From the NCBI RefSeq assembly GCF_018350175.1, contig NC_058368.1, forward strand, positions 75,208,001-75,272,000: 64,000 nucleotides of DNA, written 5' to 3'. A program made the translations under genes and the position numbers. Source of the DNA: Felis catus (lineage: Eukaryota). How positions within the stretch are numbered: the stretch's first letter is position 1; every line of letters starts with the position of its first letter. The notes beneath the pieces were generated by a model. That model ran no database searches and was not told the origin of the DNA. It saw only the letters and a list, made by a program, of their open reading frames with translations. This document shows, in pieces, positions 12,897 through 25,420 of this stretch.

Positions 12897-14050
12897 AATG
12901 GGGCAGAGGTAGAGAGAGAGGGAGACAGAAGCCAAAGCAGTCTCCGGTCTCTGAACTGTCAGCACAGAACCCGAAGTGGGGCTCGAATTCAGGAACGGTG
13001 AGATCATGCCCAGAGCTGAAGTCAAACACTTAACCAACTGAGCCACCCATGTGCCCCAAGAACAGCTTTAACTTTACAGAAAACTTGTGAGCATATGGAG
13101 GGCAGCATACACCCTCCACCCAGTTTCCCCTATTAACATCTTGCACTAGGATGGCTCATTTGCTAACGACTAATGAACCAGTATGAGTACATTTTTATTG
13201 ACTAGCACCCATACTTTACTCAGACTTTCTTGGTTGTTACCTGATGCCTTTTTTTTCTGCCCCAGGATTCCACCTTATATTTTCAGTCATGTCTCCTTTG
13301 GTGCCTTTGGGCTCCGAGAGCTTCTCAGACTTCTCTTGTGTTTCGGTGACCATGACACTTTCGAGGAGTACTGGTCAGGTATTTTATAAAAATATCCTTT
13401 AGTTGGGATTTGCCAATGGTATTACTCATTATTAAAATGGGGTTATGTGTTTTGGGCACAAAGACCACACAGAGGTAAAGTGCCATTCTCCTCATATCGT
13501 ATCAAGGGTATACACTATTAACCTGACAGTTGACTATGGGTGTTGACCTTGGTCACCTGGCCAATGAGGGAGGTGTTCTACTTCACCTCCTTGAGAGTGA
13601 AGTGTCGACACACATTTGGAATTCTCCTACACAGGAGATTTATCTTTTCTCTCCCATTTATTCATATATCCAATCATTTATTTACATCAATATGCACTTT
13701 GAGATGTTTATTGTATACTTTGGGTTATACCCAAAGATTATAATAAAATATTTTATACGTTGTTACTAAAAATATTCTACCTTGGTCTCAATAGGGATTC
13801 TTTCATTTGGCTTCTGTGTTTCTTTGACATATCAGATACTTATAGTTTTGTTTGTTTGTGTGCTTGCTTGCTTGTTTTAGTGCTTCCTTACTTTTTTGAC
13901 ACTATGAGGTCATCACCTGATTTATTTCCTGACCCAGTTCTAGAATCATCCATTTCGCCAAGCCGCCAGGGTACCTGTTATTTGAGATATTAGAAAGCAA
14001 TATCTGAATGCGAGATGTGCTCATTCCTGCTCAATTGCTATTGTTTTAGG
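12780..14050 (-). mobile_element. Old L1 3' end (L1MC/MD-like), interrupted by a SINE
   Basis: aatgaacca...atactttactcagact...gaggagtactggtcaggtatttt...aagaccacacagaggtaaagtgccattctc. Confidence 0.85.
12812..13057 (-). mobile_element. Can-SINE
   Basis: Long (AG)n tract; TSD agaacag(t/c)ttt. Confidence 0.95.
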
Positions 14051-14229
14051 TGCTAAATGAAGGCCAAATACAATCTTTTCTATTAGTCTTATCCTCAATA
14101 GATCCTATAGGTAGATTTTGTTGCAAGTAACAGGAACGATGTTTCAGACGGTCACGGCATAGAAGTAGAGGAAATTAATGACAGGAATATCGTAAGATAC
14201 CACGCCACTCACGAAAGTACTCTGTTATT

Positions 14230-14897
14230 TGAACACAGATCTTGATTACTTAGAAAGGTGTATTGAAAACTCAGGAGCAGCCACAAGACTTTTAAGAACG
14301 TGCACTTCAGACATTAGGAAAGGATAAAGCAGAACTAAATAAACTACTCTGTGAAAACCTGAGAAGACGTAGAAAGAGAGGAAGGAGAAAAAAACCCTCA
14401 AATAATTAGAACAAATATAAAACAATTACAAACATGGTAAATGTTAACTCAACTACATGCATAATTACTTTAAATGTGAATATTCTAACTACAATCACAG
14501 AACAGCAGAAATGGTCAGAATGGATTCAAATAAAGCCCCAACTATGCTCTGCCCAAAGGAAACGCTCTTGAAATATGAAGACATAGGTACGTAGATGGGT
14601 TAGATGTCAAGTGTGGAGCAAGATAAGCAATGCTAATACTGAATGTAATGTGATGATGTATTGGGGATCCTGGAAAAGGAAAATGACGTTAGGTTAAAAA
14701 CTAAAGAAGTCTGAATAAGGTATAAAGATTGCTTAATAATAATGCAGCAGGGCTGGATCCTTGATTTTAACAAATTATCACACTAATGAAAGATGTTAAT
14801 GATAAGGGAGACTGCTTATACTGTACGTAGGAGTTTTCTCTACCATTTTGGCAACTTTTCCCTAATTCTGAGCTAGTTTCCCATAAAGTGTTTATTA
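14230..14897 (+). mobile_element. Old L1: ORF2 endonuclease start fused to an L1MC/MD-like 3' end
   Basis: ataattactttaaatgtgaat (IITLNVN)...aaggaaacgc then gggatcctggaaaaggaaaatgacgttaggttaaaaact 3'UTR. Confidence 0.75.
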
Positions 14898-14952
14898 AGT
14901 ATACTGCCAGAAGGTCATCTTATTCCAGCGAGCAGTAATGATCGTTCGCAGG

Positions 14953-15180
14953 GGGGCGCTTGGGTGGCTCATGCAGTTAAGCATCCTACTTCGGCTCAGG
15001 TCACGATCTCGTGGTTCATGAGTTCCAGCCCTACGTCGGGCTCTGTGCTGACAGCCCAGAGCCTGGAGCCTGCTTTGGATTCTGTGTCCCTCTCTCTCTC
15101 TCTGCCCCTCCCCTACTTGTACTCTGTCTCTCTCTCTCTCAGGAAATGAATAAATGCAAAAAAAAATAAAAATAAAATAA
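14953..15180 (+). mobile_element. Can-SINE
   Basis: Full-length head, CT tract, A tail. Confidence 0.95.
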
Positions 15181-15399
15181 TTATCCTTAAGAAATAGACC
15201 ATATAAAGTCAGGTGAAACTGTATATCTGATAAGCAGAGCTTTATTATAAAAAGATTGTATTGTATTCTGAATAGGCTTTTAATTGTTACTACGGATGTG
15301 TAAATCTCTCTTTACTTAAAAATATATCCTGTTTAAAAACATTTAATAACTAAAATCCACATATAAAATGATATCATTTACTGTATTCAGAGCTAATTT

Positions 15400-15604
15400 G
15401 GGGGTAACCTGAGGGGTTCAGTTGGTTCAGGTTACAACTTTGGCTCAGGTCATGATCTCACAGTTCGTGAGTTTGAGCCCTGTGTCAGGCTCACTGCTGA
15501 CAGCTAAGAGCATGGAGCCTGCTTTGGATCCTCTGTCCGCACTGCCCCTGCCCCTCCCCTGCTCGCTCGCTCTCACTCTCTCTCTCAAAAATAAACATTT
15601 AAAA
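15400..15604 (+). mobile_element. Can-SINE (diverged head)
   Basis: ggctcaggtcatgatctcacagttcgtgagtttgagccc...caaaaataaac. Confidence 0.92.
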
Positions 15605-15839
15605 CCTCATTTTGATGACTATGAGGAACTGAGATGCATCTGAACCCAAAGCATACATAACCCTGGTCTTACGATTAGCACAATGCTTTCCGTTCTAATA
15701 TGAGAAACTTGCTAGCTTATATTATGCTTATGTGGTGCAAAATTTTAATAATTAATAGACTAAGCACCAAAAATGTTATTGTTGTTTTGTTCCAATAACA
15801 AAAATGTTATTGGAAAAGGCATGAAAGATAAAAAAAATA

Positions 15840-16905
15840 ACTCTTATGTGTTGGAAAAAGTTCAAACTCACTCATAACTACAAAAATGCAAATTAACACA
15901 GCATTGAGAAGTCATATCTCACTTATTGGAGCTGCAAAAATGGAAAAGTAGGACAATACGTTCTACTGGGGAGTCTGTGGGGAAAGAAACAATTTCACAT
16001 ATTGTTTGTGGGCACATTTCTGCAGGAAACTTTGCCAATACTTAACAAACTACAAATGCACTCATATTTTTATCCATCAATTCCGCTTCTAGGAACCTAT
16101 CACGAGGATATACATTTAATAATACACAAAGACACATGCACAAGTTTACTCACTAAAATGTTGTTTTTAATTGAAATACACTGGAAATTGAAATGCATAG
16201 GAGAATAGTTGAAAATGTTTGGTACATACACACAATGGGATACGATGCATCTGTAAAATAGAATGAAAAAGAGGGACACCTGATGGCTCCGCCATTAAGC
16301 TTCTGATTCCTGATTTTGTCACAGGTCATCATCTCACCATTCATGGGATCAAGCCCCACGTCACTCTGTGCTAATGGCACGGAGGCTCCTTGGGATTCTC
16401 TCTCTCTCTGCCCCTCCTCTGCTCTCTTTTTCTCTTTCTCACTCTCAAAATAAATAAATAAAACTTTAAAAAAATATATGAGAAAGATATTAATGAATTG
16501 CTATAGGGTGATTTCCAGAGTATACTGTTAAATGAGGTAAAGCAAAATGCAAAGAGTATCTATAATGTGTTGCCTTGCATTTAAGCAAGAAATGGGGCTT
16601 AAGAGATATGCACGTATCCAAAAAATAAATATAGGAAGAATAAACCAGAGAGTAAAATGATTGTTACTTACAGTGTTGAGAACGGGGGATGGGAAAGTAT
16701 AGAAAATAATGGCAATGGAGGCTGCAATAAGATGATGAGACTTTGAAGGTCCACTTCTCAATTTCTCAGTAAGAAACAGGATAGTTGCATAGTCTCCAAA
16801 TTATGTTCCTTCAAATGTGCACCAACTAAAAAAAGGAGGGAGCGGAAAATAGCAAATTACAATGGAGAAATCCAGCAGACCCTATGTTCTCAAGTGATCA
16901 AAATG
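15840..16905 (+). mobile_element. Old L1 (L1ME/MC-like) 3' region, interrupted by a SINE
   Basis: aaaatgcaaattaa...caattccgcttctaggaacctatc...ggtacatacacacaatgg. Confidence 0.75.
16273..16473 (+). mobile_element. Older Can-SINE
   Basis: Diverged head, ttgggattctctctctc, aaataaataaa tail. Confidence 0.9.
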
Positions 16906-17184
16906 GAAAAGCTAAAATGCTCCAAAATGCTAAGCTGTCCTTCAAGTCCTACCCTCAGTCTATGGTAGCTGGTGGTTTCCTGCGATCCCGAAGAGGGACA
17001 GGAGAACGTGTTTAGCGTGCCACTTCGGAGCTCTGTGTCACAAAGCCCCCTGCATCGGCCCCCAGGCCCCCCCCCCCTTCAGCTATCTGGAGCTTGAAGT
17101 AGCGAGACCGATCTTGGAAGGTCTTTGCCAACGTTAAATGAGATAACATAAGTGCTCTTATTTTCTTGCGTAATCTCGACAGCT

Positions 17185-17385
17185 TTGAGTGCCCAGTGTG
17201 TGCTACCGTGGCCAGCACTCCTCTGAGCTAGGCACGGTCACTGGTACGCACGTTTAATGATGAAGACAGCGAAGGTCAGAGAATTTCAAAGACTTGCTCA
17301 AGGTGAGAGGGCAGCTCGTGTTGGGGGTGGGGGAGCCTGAGATAAAGAAGTGAAGACACCAACCCACGCATCTTGATTCCAGAGC
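17185..17385 (-). mobile_element. MIR
   Basis: ttgagtgcccagtgtgtgc...gatgaagacagcgaaggtcagaga...gacttgctcaagg. Confidence 0.6.
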
Positions 17386-17447
17386 TGGTCTTCTTAATTA
17401 TCACTGAAAGGAGGACAGAATAGGTGTCCCCCAAATGCTTCCAGTTT

Positions 17448-17670
17448 GAGGCAGCATAGACTAATGACGAAGAACCTGGGTTCTGGAGATGGAAAGGCTG
17501 CGTTTTCATCTCGGGTCCTCCACTCATTCCCTGCTTGACAACGGGTAAGTTACTCAACCTTTCTGGGCTTAGTTTCTTCATCTGGAAAAGCAGTATGAGA
17601 AAACGTACCGAATGAACAGGGCTGTTACAGAAGTGGGTGAGTTGCTATATATCAAGAACCACTCAGAGCT
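17448..17670 (+). mobile_element. MIR (near full length)
   Basis: gaggcagcatag...gggtaagttactcaacctttctgggcttagtttcttcatctggaaaa. Confidence 0.8.
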
Positions 17671-18120
17671 CGCCTTCCAGATCCTGTTAACTTACATATT
17701 AGGAAATAAATTTGTATTCTTGCTTTCGATGTTGTTCGTTTTACATTTCTTCACATAGCTCTTCATTTATACCTTCTCTTGAGGGATGTGGAGATGAAAT
17801 GAATCCAACGACATATTGAACGTTTAATAATTGCCTGAGATCATCTTTAGTGTTTTCGGTCAAATGTTTCTGAATCTCAGCCTTCTGGGTGCATTTTGGG
17901 ACTCACCAGCTGGCCCCCTCTGGGGGAGCTCAGGACGAACTTTGGCCGATGACCTGTGGGGAAAGCATTGGTCTGTAGTATTTAGTTGCCAGTGAAACTT
18001 TTTGTTTTTCTGTGTTCTGCTAACCAACTGCTTGATTTGCCCGAGATCCTGAGTGACCACAATGGATATAGGCTCTTGCTGACTTACGAGAGAAAGAGGG
18101 TTTTTGTGGGAACTAAACCT

Positions 18121-18324
18121 TGTTTTATTTTATTTTATTTTATTTTATTTTATTTTATTTTAGAGAGAGAGAGAGCAAGGGAGGGGCAGAGGGAGAGAGA
18201 GAGGATCTTAGTCTGGCTCCATGCTCAACGCAGCATCCAATGGGGGCTCGATCCCATGACCCTGGGATCATGACTTGAGCTGAAATCGAGTCGAACGCTC
18301 AAGCAAGCGGCACCCAGGCGCCCC
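18121..18324 (-). mobile_element. Can-SINE with (TTTTA)n tail
   Basis: TSD gaactaaacct at 18110-18120 and 18327-18337. Confidence 0.95.
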
Positions 18325-19005
18325 GAGAACTAAACCTCTGAAATGAACAAGCAACCATGAAATGTCACGGCGGTTCCAGCATTCTAAGCCACCTACCTCT
18401 CTCTTGGCTGAATCATTGCCTGACTGACTTGTTAAACTTGGCAAAACCTCGCCTAACCTGAATGAGATATTTAATAAAACGGGGAAAAAATTAACCTCAC
18501 CGTAAGAAACCAGCGTTGCTGGGAGTTGTTTCAGTATACACGAGAGCAGCTACAATCTGCACATTCTGCTTTAAAGGACCACATTCATCTACTTCGCAAT
18601 TGCCCATTTGCAAAGCATAAATGGGTCGCTAGACGAGTTTGGGGACAAACGTGTAAACTAAGCTTTCACACAGTTTTCATTGAATTTCAAGAAGTGTAAG
18701 CACTGTGGAGTGATGCAAGAATTCGGAGAACAAGAAGCTAAGATATGTCAACATAACTGAAAATACACCTGATCCCTGACAACCAGCTCATGCGTCTTGA
18801 AGCTGGAATCCTGTGCCGCGGCTGATGGTTTCCTTCTTCTCTACTGTGCATCCGCATGAAGTCACTGACAGTCGCAGGTCAACATGCAAGTTGCAAATGA
18901 TAAAAACCATTACGTATATATTGATATTTTCAGCTCTAGCATATTGTTTGAGTTGAGAACGAATACTAGTGCAAATCCAGAGGCTTAACTCATAACTTCC
19001 CTTTT

Positions 19006-19218
19006 TTCATTAATTTTTTTTAATGTTTTGAGAGAGAGAGACAGACAGAGCATGAGTGGGGGAGGGACAGAGAGAGAGAGCGAGACACAGAATCCGAAGC
19101 AGGCTCCAGGCTCCAAGCTATCAACACAGAGCCCGACGCGGGGCTCGAACTCACAGACCGTGAGATCATGACCTGAGCTGCAGTCGGATGGTTAACCAAC
19201 TGAGCCACACAGGCACCC
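19006..19218 (-). mobile_element. SINEC_Fc
   Basis: TSD ataacttccctttt. Confidence 0.96.
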
Positions 19219-19243
19219 TGACATATAACTTCCCTTTTACTGA

Positions 19244-19245
<2 letters not shown>

Positions 19246-19290
<45 letters not shown>
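19246..19290. repeat. (CA)n microsatellite
   Basis: Direct observation. Confidence 0.98.
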
Positions 19291-19291
<1 letters not shown>

Positions 19292-19884
19292 TAATCTTTG
19301 GTTCATATGATTACAGAGGAATACAGAAGAATGTTTCTGTTCCATTAATTCATCACAACGTACACCCATTTTATTTGTTAATACCTGGATTTAGAACTTA
19401 ATGGATATTTATGTTTAAAATACCTTTAAGTTACTCTACTTAATACTCTACACTCACTCCAAAATTTCTGTGCGTTGGAAGGCTCTGTGTGCTGTAACTG
19501 GTCAGCCAATAATACTTTTAATGACGTTGGTGAAACACGAACCTTAGTTAATTGGGGCTATGGCCACAGCTGTAAGAAATTACGTGCAAACACTTATGTG
19601 TGTCCTATCAGGTCAGTTACATGAAACGAAATGAAAGTTACTTTACCACAGGCATATAAAAGCCCTATAAAAACCATATACCAATAGGGGATTAGAGGTC
19701 TGTAAACGAGGAATCCAACTTCATCGAATGGGGAACGTAAATCTTATTTACTTTTTTGGTACATCATGTGAACGCTGGGAGTCCTTTCTGATTCCAACTA
19801 ACGATTTCTTAGTACGACTTCCAGAAATTTTATCTCAGTGGTTCTGGAACCCCCCTGGTCAATAAAAGGCAACAGAACCATACT

Positions 19885-20010
19885 TCAGGTCAGAAAACTT
19901 CAATCCTGTTCCTAGAGCTGCCATTACTTAGTCTCATGGCCACGATTTTATTAAAACCTCCCAGGACTTCAGTTTCTTTGTCTCTAAAATGAGGGTTTGG
20001 ATAAGAAAAT
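19885..20010 (+). mobile_element. MIR fragment
   Basis: ctgccattacttag...cttcagtttctttgtctctaaaatgagggtttgga. Confidence 0.65.
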
Positions 20011-20859
20011 TGCGAAGAGCACATCAAAGTAGGATGTCATGAAACTTCATTCCACGTTCTCCAGTTTGGTGTATAAAATAGCTGTATTCTGAGCCGTGGT
20101 GTTTTTCCTTCTTGATCCGTCTGTCTTTCCACCGGATGTGCACGTGATTCAATGTCCTCCTGATCAGAATGTGCGGCTGAAAAAGTGATTTGCAGAAGAT
20201 ATTTGGCAAAGACTATCCAAGGAAGATGATCTTTCTTGGAATATAATTAGACCTAATCAGTATGACTGAGCTCCTATGGCACCACATTCCAGCGCAGACC
20301 TGAGGCAGCAGGCAATTTAGAAGGGGGTGGGCACTACCCGAGCTGTGCAAAGAAAGAAAGAGAAATGTGACTACAATTATTCCTAGTCATGTGCTCCCCA
20401 AGGGGAATGAATCAGAAGTTGAGATCAGGTGCACATACCCCTAGTTAATTTTAATTATGTCAACAAGGTAGATGCTCCTCACTTTACAGTGTGGTTTCAG
20501 TTATCCTCAATTAATCAACGTATTCTTCTTTCCACTTGCACATTTATCATGTCTAATATCTGCATTCTGGTTTCTGCCAACACCAGAATGTAGCTCTTCA
20601 TCAGTTCCTGTTCAGACTCAAAGAGATCATTCTGATTGTTCTTCTTTTCTAGCTATACTCCATGTCATTGACATTCACAACGCTGAAAAGCAACTCCCAT
20701 CATGTTAGTTTCCAAATTAAAATGTTACAGTTTTTGTTTTCCACTTAAGATTTACATGAACTACCATGGAATGACTTCTGCATTATCTGTCCATCTACAT
20801 TTTCACCACTCTCACCCCATACCCATGGTGGTGCCATACTGAATTATGTGATCATCCCT

Positions 20860-21147
20860 CCTTCCGATCAACATACTTGGCTGATAACTTGTCTGGGGCT
20901 TTGGCCATGCTGTGCTCTCCATCCGCAATGCCTTCCCCTTCTTGTGCAAAGGGATCATTCTAGACTAAGCTCCCAATGTCACGCTCTTTGCCAAGAATCT
21001 TCTTCTTCTTATTTGAGATTTTCTGCATTCATTCTTCTATACCCAATGTTATGCCAACACATATGTCTACCATAACACTTTTATTTTTATAGCATATAAG
21101 TTTATTAGGCACAATCTCTATGCCCCCAGAGGTAAGAAACTATGCGA

Positions 21148-21179
<32 letters not shown>

Positions 21180-21202
21180 GAAAGAAGAAAGAAAAGGAAG
21201 AA

Positions 21203-21266
<64 letters not shown>

Positions 21267-21312
21267 AAAGGAAGGAAGGAAGGAAGGAAGGAAGGAAGGA
21301 AGGAAGGAAGGA

Positions 21313-21343
<31 letters not shown>

Positions 21344-21426
21344 GGAAAGAAAGAAAGGTTTTGGCATTCCTAGCACCCAGCAAAACACCTAATGCATACC
21401 AGGGTCTCAAAATTGTTGAATGAACT
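20860..21426 (+). mobile_element. L2 3' end interrupted by a purine repeat
   Basis: cctagcacccagcaaaacacct...aattgttgaatgaa L2-type terminus. Confidence 0.65.
21146..21358. repeat. Compound (GAAA)n/(GGAA)n microsatellite
   Basis: 213 bp uninterrupted purine tract. Confidence 0.98.
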
Positions 21427-23061
21427 TCATAAATATATTACCTTCAGGAAACCATAAGTTGAATAGTTACTTCCAATGGAAGATATAAGTCAAATTCTCT
21501 TGTACAGAGCAGGTAAGATAGGAAAGTGCCATTACACTGAGTAGTACCTGACCACACGTTTCTTTCTGAAAATACTCCCTGTTACGTTTACTATAGATGA
21601 GGTATGCTGACCTGCCCTTCTCAGGGTAGATATTGTAGGAACGGTTTGCTTTCCCACGCTGCGGTTTGCACTGGGAGGGGTCTGTCATCTGCAATGGGAA
21701 TTATATTAAAATTTGAGCTTTATCCTTACATGGTAAAGACTACTTTTATAAATAATTATAGCAGGAGAGAATGTAGTGAGTGCCCTCAATAATACGCAGG
21801 TGGAATATGAAAGAGAGAGGAGTAGAAATAAAAATGTGCAAGCATTTGGCTTTTCATTCATTCTTTCTTCTACCTATTCTTCTTCTCCTCCTACATTCTT
21901 TCCATTAATTCCACGAAGAGCTGACCTTTCCAGGGACCGTACTTGTACTTACCTTTATGGACATATATCAATCCATGTGAAACACTGCTTGAATAAATAT
22001 GCGAAGGGGTCAAGAAGATAATACATATATTTAAAAATCATGCAAGTCAGAGACCTAGTTTAAATGCTAAGTGCATCTTTCATAGCTTTTGACATTTAAT
22101 AGATATTCAATAATTATTTGTTGAATACATTGTCTTAAATTGCTCCCAGGGTTAAAAAATATCTCTGTGAATGTGTTCCTATATACAAATTAATTTACAA
22201 TTCATAATTACATGCTGTGGTACATTACGTCTCCTCAGAATCTATAGGGATTGGTTTTCTATAATTCTTCGATTATATATTTCCGATGAGACTTTTATGT
22301 GAATGGATTAGTTGTTATTACTGCCCATCAAAAGCAAATAGTATTCTATTCCTGCAATTATACATATAGAAAAATATTCATTATTTTGAGTGAATTAAGG
22401 ACTAATTAACCTTCCCTTCCCTGAAGGCCACCAATTTGGAAATTCTCTTTAATTACAATCCGTGAATTCTAATAAGCTCAATTTTCTTGCACAAGAAATC
22501 AAATCTGTAGATGATAAGAGAATGTGAAGTACTCCAAGTCACCTATCACCTTGTTGCATATTTATATTTCTACGAGAGCACATTTTTATGTTCAGAGATA
22601 CATTTAATCATGACCAACTGCATTTGAAAATATCTGAGAGGTAAAATGATTTGATCACAATAGAAAATTAGATCCTCAAAATCTGGTTGGGACTCTTCTC
22701 AATTCGCTCCGTGACCCTGGCCGCGTCACCTCTAACCTTCCTGGGTGTGTTCCTTCATTAGTGAAATGTAACACAAAGGCACAATGCTTATCAGCGCGGT
22801 CATCAGAATACATTAACATTTGGAACGTGCTTTTAGATCTCCATTTTAAGATGTTTTCAGTGTGCAAAACTGTCATTATCATGGCGACATACCGTATTCA
22901 GTCCTCTAAACACTGCATCCTAATTTTGTGTGATACTTTCCCATGAAACAGGATAGACTACATTTCAATAATTTCATAGTCAAAAGTTTCATTTGTCTAT
23001 TCGTTAGCCCATTAGATGCATCATCTTCTTTATCTGGTGATGCACACTCCTGTTCAGTTCA

Positions 23062-23226
23062 CGGGTGGACCCAGCCTCGACACTGGTGACGCTTGGGGTT
23101 GGTTAATTCTTTGTTATGGCCGTGTACCCACAGGACCTGCAGGGAACCCCCCCACCCCAGTCCTGACAGTCAGAATGTCTCCAGGCATTTCTAGATGCCC
23201 CCCGGGGGACATTTGAGAGCAACTAC
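23062..23226. mobile_element. MER20 (hAT-Charlie MITE)
   Basis: cctcgacactggtgacgcttgggg..taattctttgtt...aatgtctccaggcatt..agatgccccccgggg...ttgagagcaact. Confidence 0.8.
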
Positions 23227-23373
23227 TTCAGTTTTATTCACATACTCAATGTTTACAGAAAGATTTTCATTGCAAATCTCAAATTTGTGAACACAATAAT
23301 GAAAAAAAAATACTTGTTGCTTTTAAATTCAAACACAGAAACAAAATATTCAAAAAATGTTTCTAATTTGCAC

Positions 23374-23611
23374 TTTTTTTTAAATAATTACGTTTGTTTA
23401 CATTTTAATGTCTTTTTTATTTATTTTTGGAAGAGAGAGAGAGAGCAGGAGTGGAGGGGGAGAGGGACAGAGAGAGAGAGAGAATCCCAAGCAGGCCCTG
23501 TACTGTCAGCACAGAGCCCAATGTGGGGCTAAATCTCACAAACTCTGAGATCATGACCTGAGCTGAAATCAAGAGTCCAATCCTTAACCAACTGAGCCAC
23601 CCGGGTGCCTC
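23374..23611 (-). mobile_element. Can-SINE
   Basis: Antisense consensus match; TSD tctaatttg. Confidence 0.93.
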
Positions 23612-23806
23612 CTCTAATTTGTATTCTTAACTAGATCATTTTCATGATTCAGCACATTTAAAATAAAGCTAAAAAAAATTGTGTGGGACTTTTGACTGCC
23701 TTGTTTTAGAACAGCAGACTCTGAGATCTTGGTGAGCAGGTTGTCAAAGTATGTCAAGGTGTATGCCTAAGACACATGACATCATTTTTAAAAGATTGTC
23801 AGTTTT

Positions 23807-24030
23807 GGGGGCACCTGGGTGGCTCAGTCGGTTGACTGGCTGACTTTGGCTCAGGTCACGATCTCTTAGTTCGTGCGTTCGAGCCCCACAGCGGGCTCTG
23901 TGCAGACAGCTCAGAGCCTGGAGCCTGTTTCATGTTCTGTGTCTCCCTCCCTTTCTGCCCCTCCCCCACTTGTGCGCACGCGCTCTCTCTCTCTCTCTCT
24001 CTCAAAAAATGACTAAACATTTTTTTTAAA
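23807..24030 (+). mobile_element. Can-SINE
   Basis: Full length; diverged TSD aaaagat(tg/ca)tca(g/a)tttt. Confidence 0.95.
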
Positions 24031-24419
24031 AAGATCATCAATTTTCAAAGATGATCACCATTTTCCCTGCAGTCACTGCTTCCCAATTTTATAACAAAAA
24101 GGAATCAGAAGACTCATCCCACTAAAAGTCACAATATGGAGTCCAGTCAAGTGTCAGGAACACACCCCCACACATCAGCACATTTGCTACATTATTCACG
24201 GCAGTTCTACCTCCGGAGAGCAGAAACCGTAACTGTTTCTGAAAACTCTAGCCACAATGCCATCTTTCCCTACAGCTGAAGAGCTTCTCATTAAAACAGA
24301 TCTGTCAATACTAACAGCCATATATTTACATATTCCCACCATTCTGTCTTTGAGGATACCTCCGTGGCAGGAAGTAGCAGTCTGTGACTCAACTCTCCGG
24401 GCTCCCTGTTATTGTCACA

Positions 24420-24715
24420 AAACTCCCCACGCTCATTCTTGTCGCTGCATTCTCCTTGCTGGTGATTGCCTCCCCAGATGTCCCGTACTCCTCTTTCTAC
24501 TGATACAAATCCCACACATTGTTAAGACTGGGCGAAGTCCGTGGGTAGCCTTGAGAAATGCCCTACTGACTGCTCCAGTCCTCATTTACCTTCTCTGCCA
24601 GCCAAAGGACGTAGAGAGTGTCCCACATAATTAGGGCCCAATTATCTTCTGTTTTTTTTTTCGTTGTTCCCATGTAAATGTCCAACTAGATTTTAAGTGC
24701 CTTGATGGCAGTCAA
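24420..24715 (+). mobile_element. L2 fragment
   Basis: caactagattttaagtgccttgatggcag is L2 3'-like. Confidence 0.5.
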
Positions 24716-24769
24716 CCTACTCAGACTGTTGTAACTTGGCAACTCTCATAAGAATGTCAACATACGAAT

Positions 24770-25420
24770 TCCCTCAAGGTGTATTCAGTCTAGCTCGGGA
24801 GGAAACGAAAGCTAGTCGGAGGGAAAGACATATATGACAAAGTACTGAATTGTGTGGCTCTTCAGGTCACGATCTCGCGGTCCGTGAGTTCGAGCCCCGC
24901 GTCAGGCTCTGGGCTGATGGCTCAGAGCCTGGAGCCTGTTTCTGATTCTGTGTCTCCCTCTCTCTCTGCCCCTCCCCCGTTCATGCTCTGTCTCTCTCTG
25001 TCCCAAAAATAAATAAACGTTGAAAAAAAAATAAAAAAAATTTGAATTGTGTGGCTCTTAATTGTGTGTTAGGATCCAGGGAAGTGAGGACACAGCCAGG
25101 ACTGAGTCATGAAAGAAAATTTCACATAGAAAGACCTGGAGTTGTATTCTCAAAGAAAGTTTTGCAATCAGGAAATCGGAAGGAAGAAGACATTCTGCCT
25201 GGTCATCTAGACAAAGAAGTAAGAGAGTTTAGGGTTGCCAAAGGGAAGTTTCTAGAAAAAAAAAAAAAAAAAAAAACTCTTGAAGGTCAGAGGCCGAGAC
25301 TGAAGTGTGGAACTCTCGGCAGGTTTGCTGTGATCAGTGGGAGTGAGCTGATTTCAAGAATGGTGAGAAAAGGATGTAGGATATAAAAGGCATGAGACGA
25401 CCCAGGAAGGGGGTCACCAG
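24770..25420 (-). mobile_element. L2 fragment hosting a SINE
   Basis: ccctcaaggtgtattcagtctag and purine-rich antisense L2 pattern. Confidence 0.5.
24863..25042 (+). mobile_element. Young 5'-truncated SINEC_Fc
   Basis: Starts at caggtcacgatctcgcgg; perfect 17-bp TSD tgaattgtgtggctctt at 24846-24862 and 25043-25059. Confidence 0.98.

Noticed and set aside
21105..21423. Lys/Arg/Glu-rich and Phe/Leu/Ser-rich ORFs
   Set aside because: Translations of the (GAAA)n/(GGAA)n microsatellite
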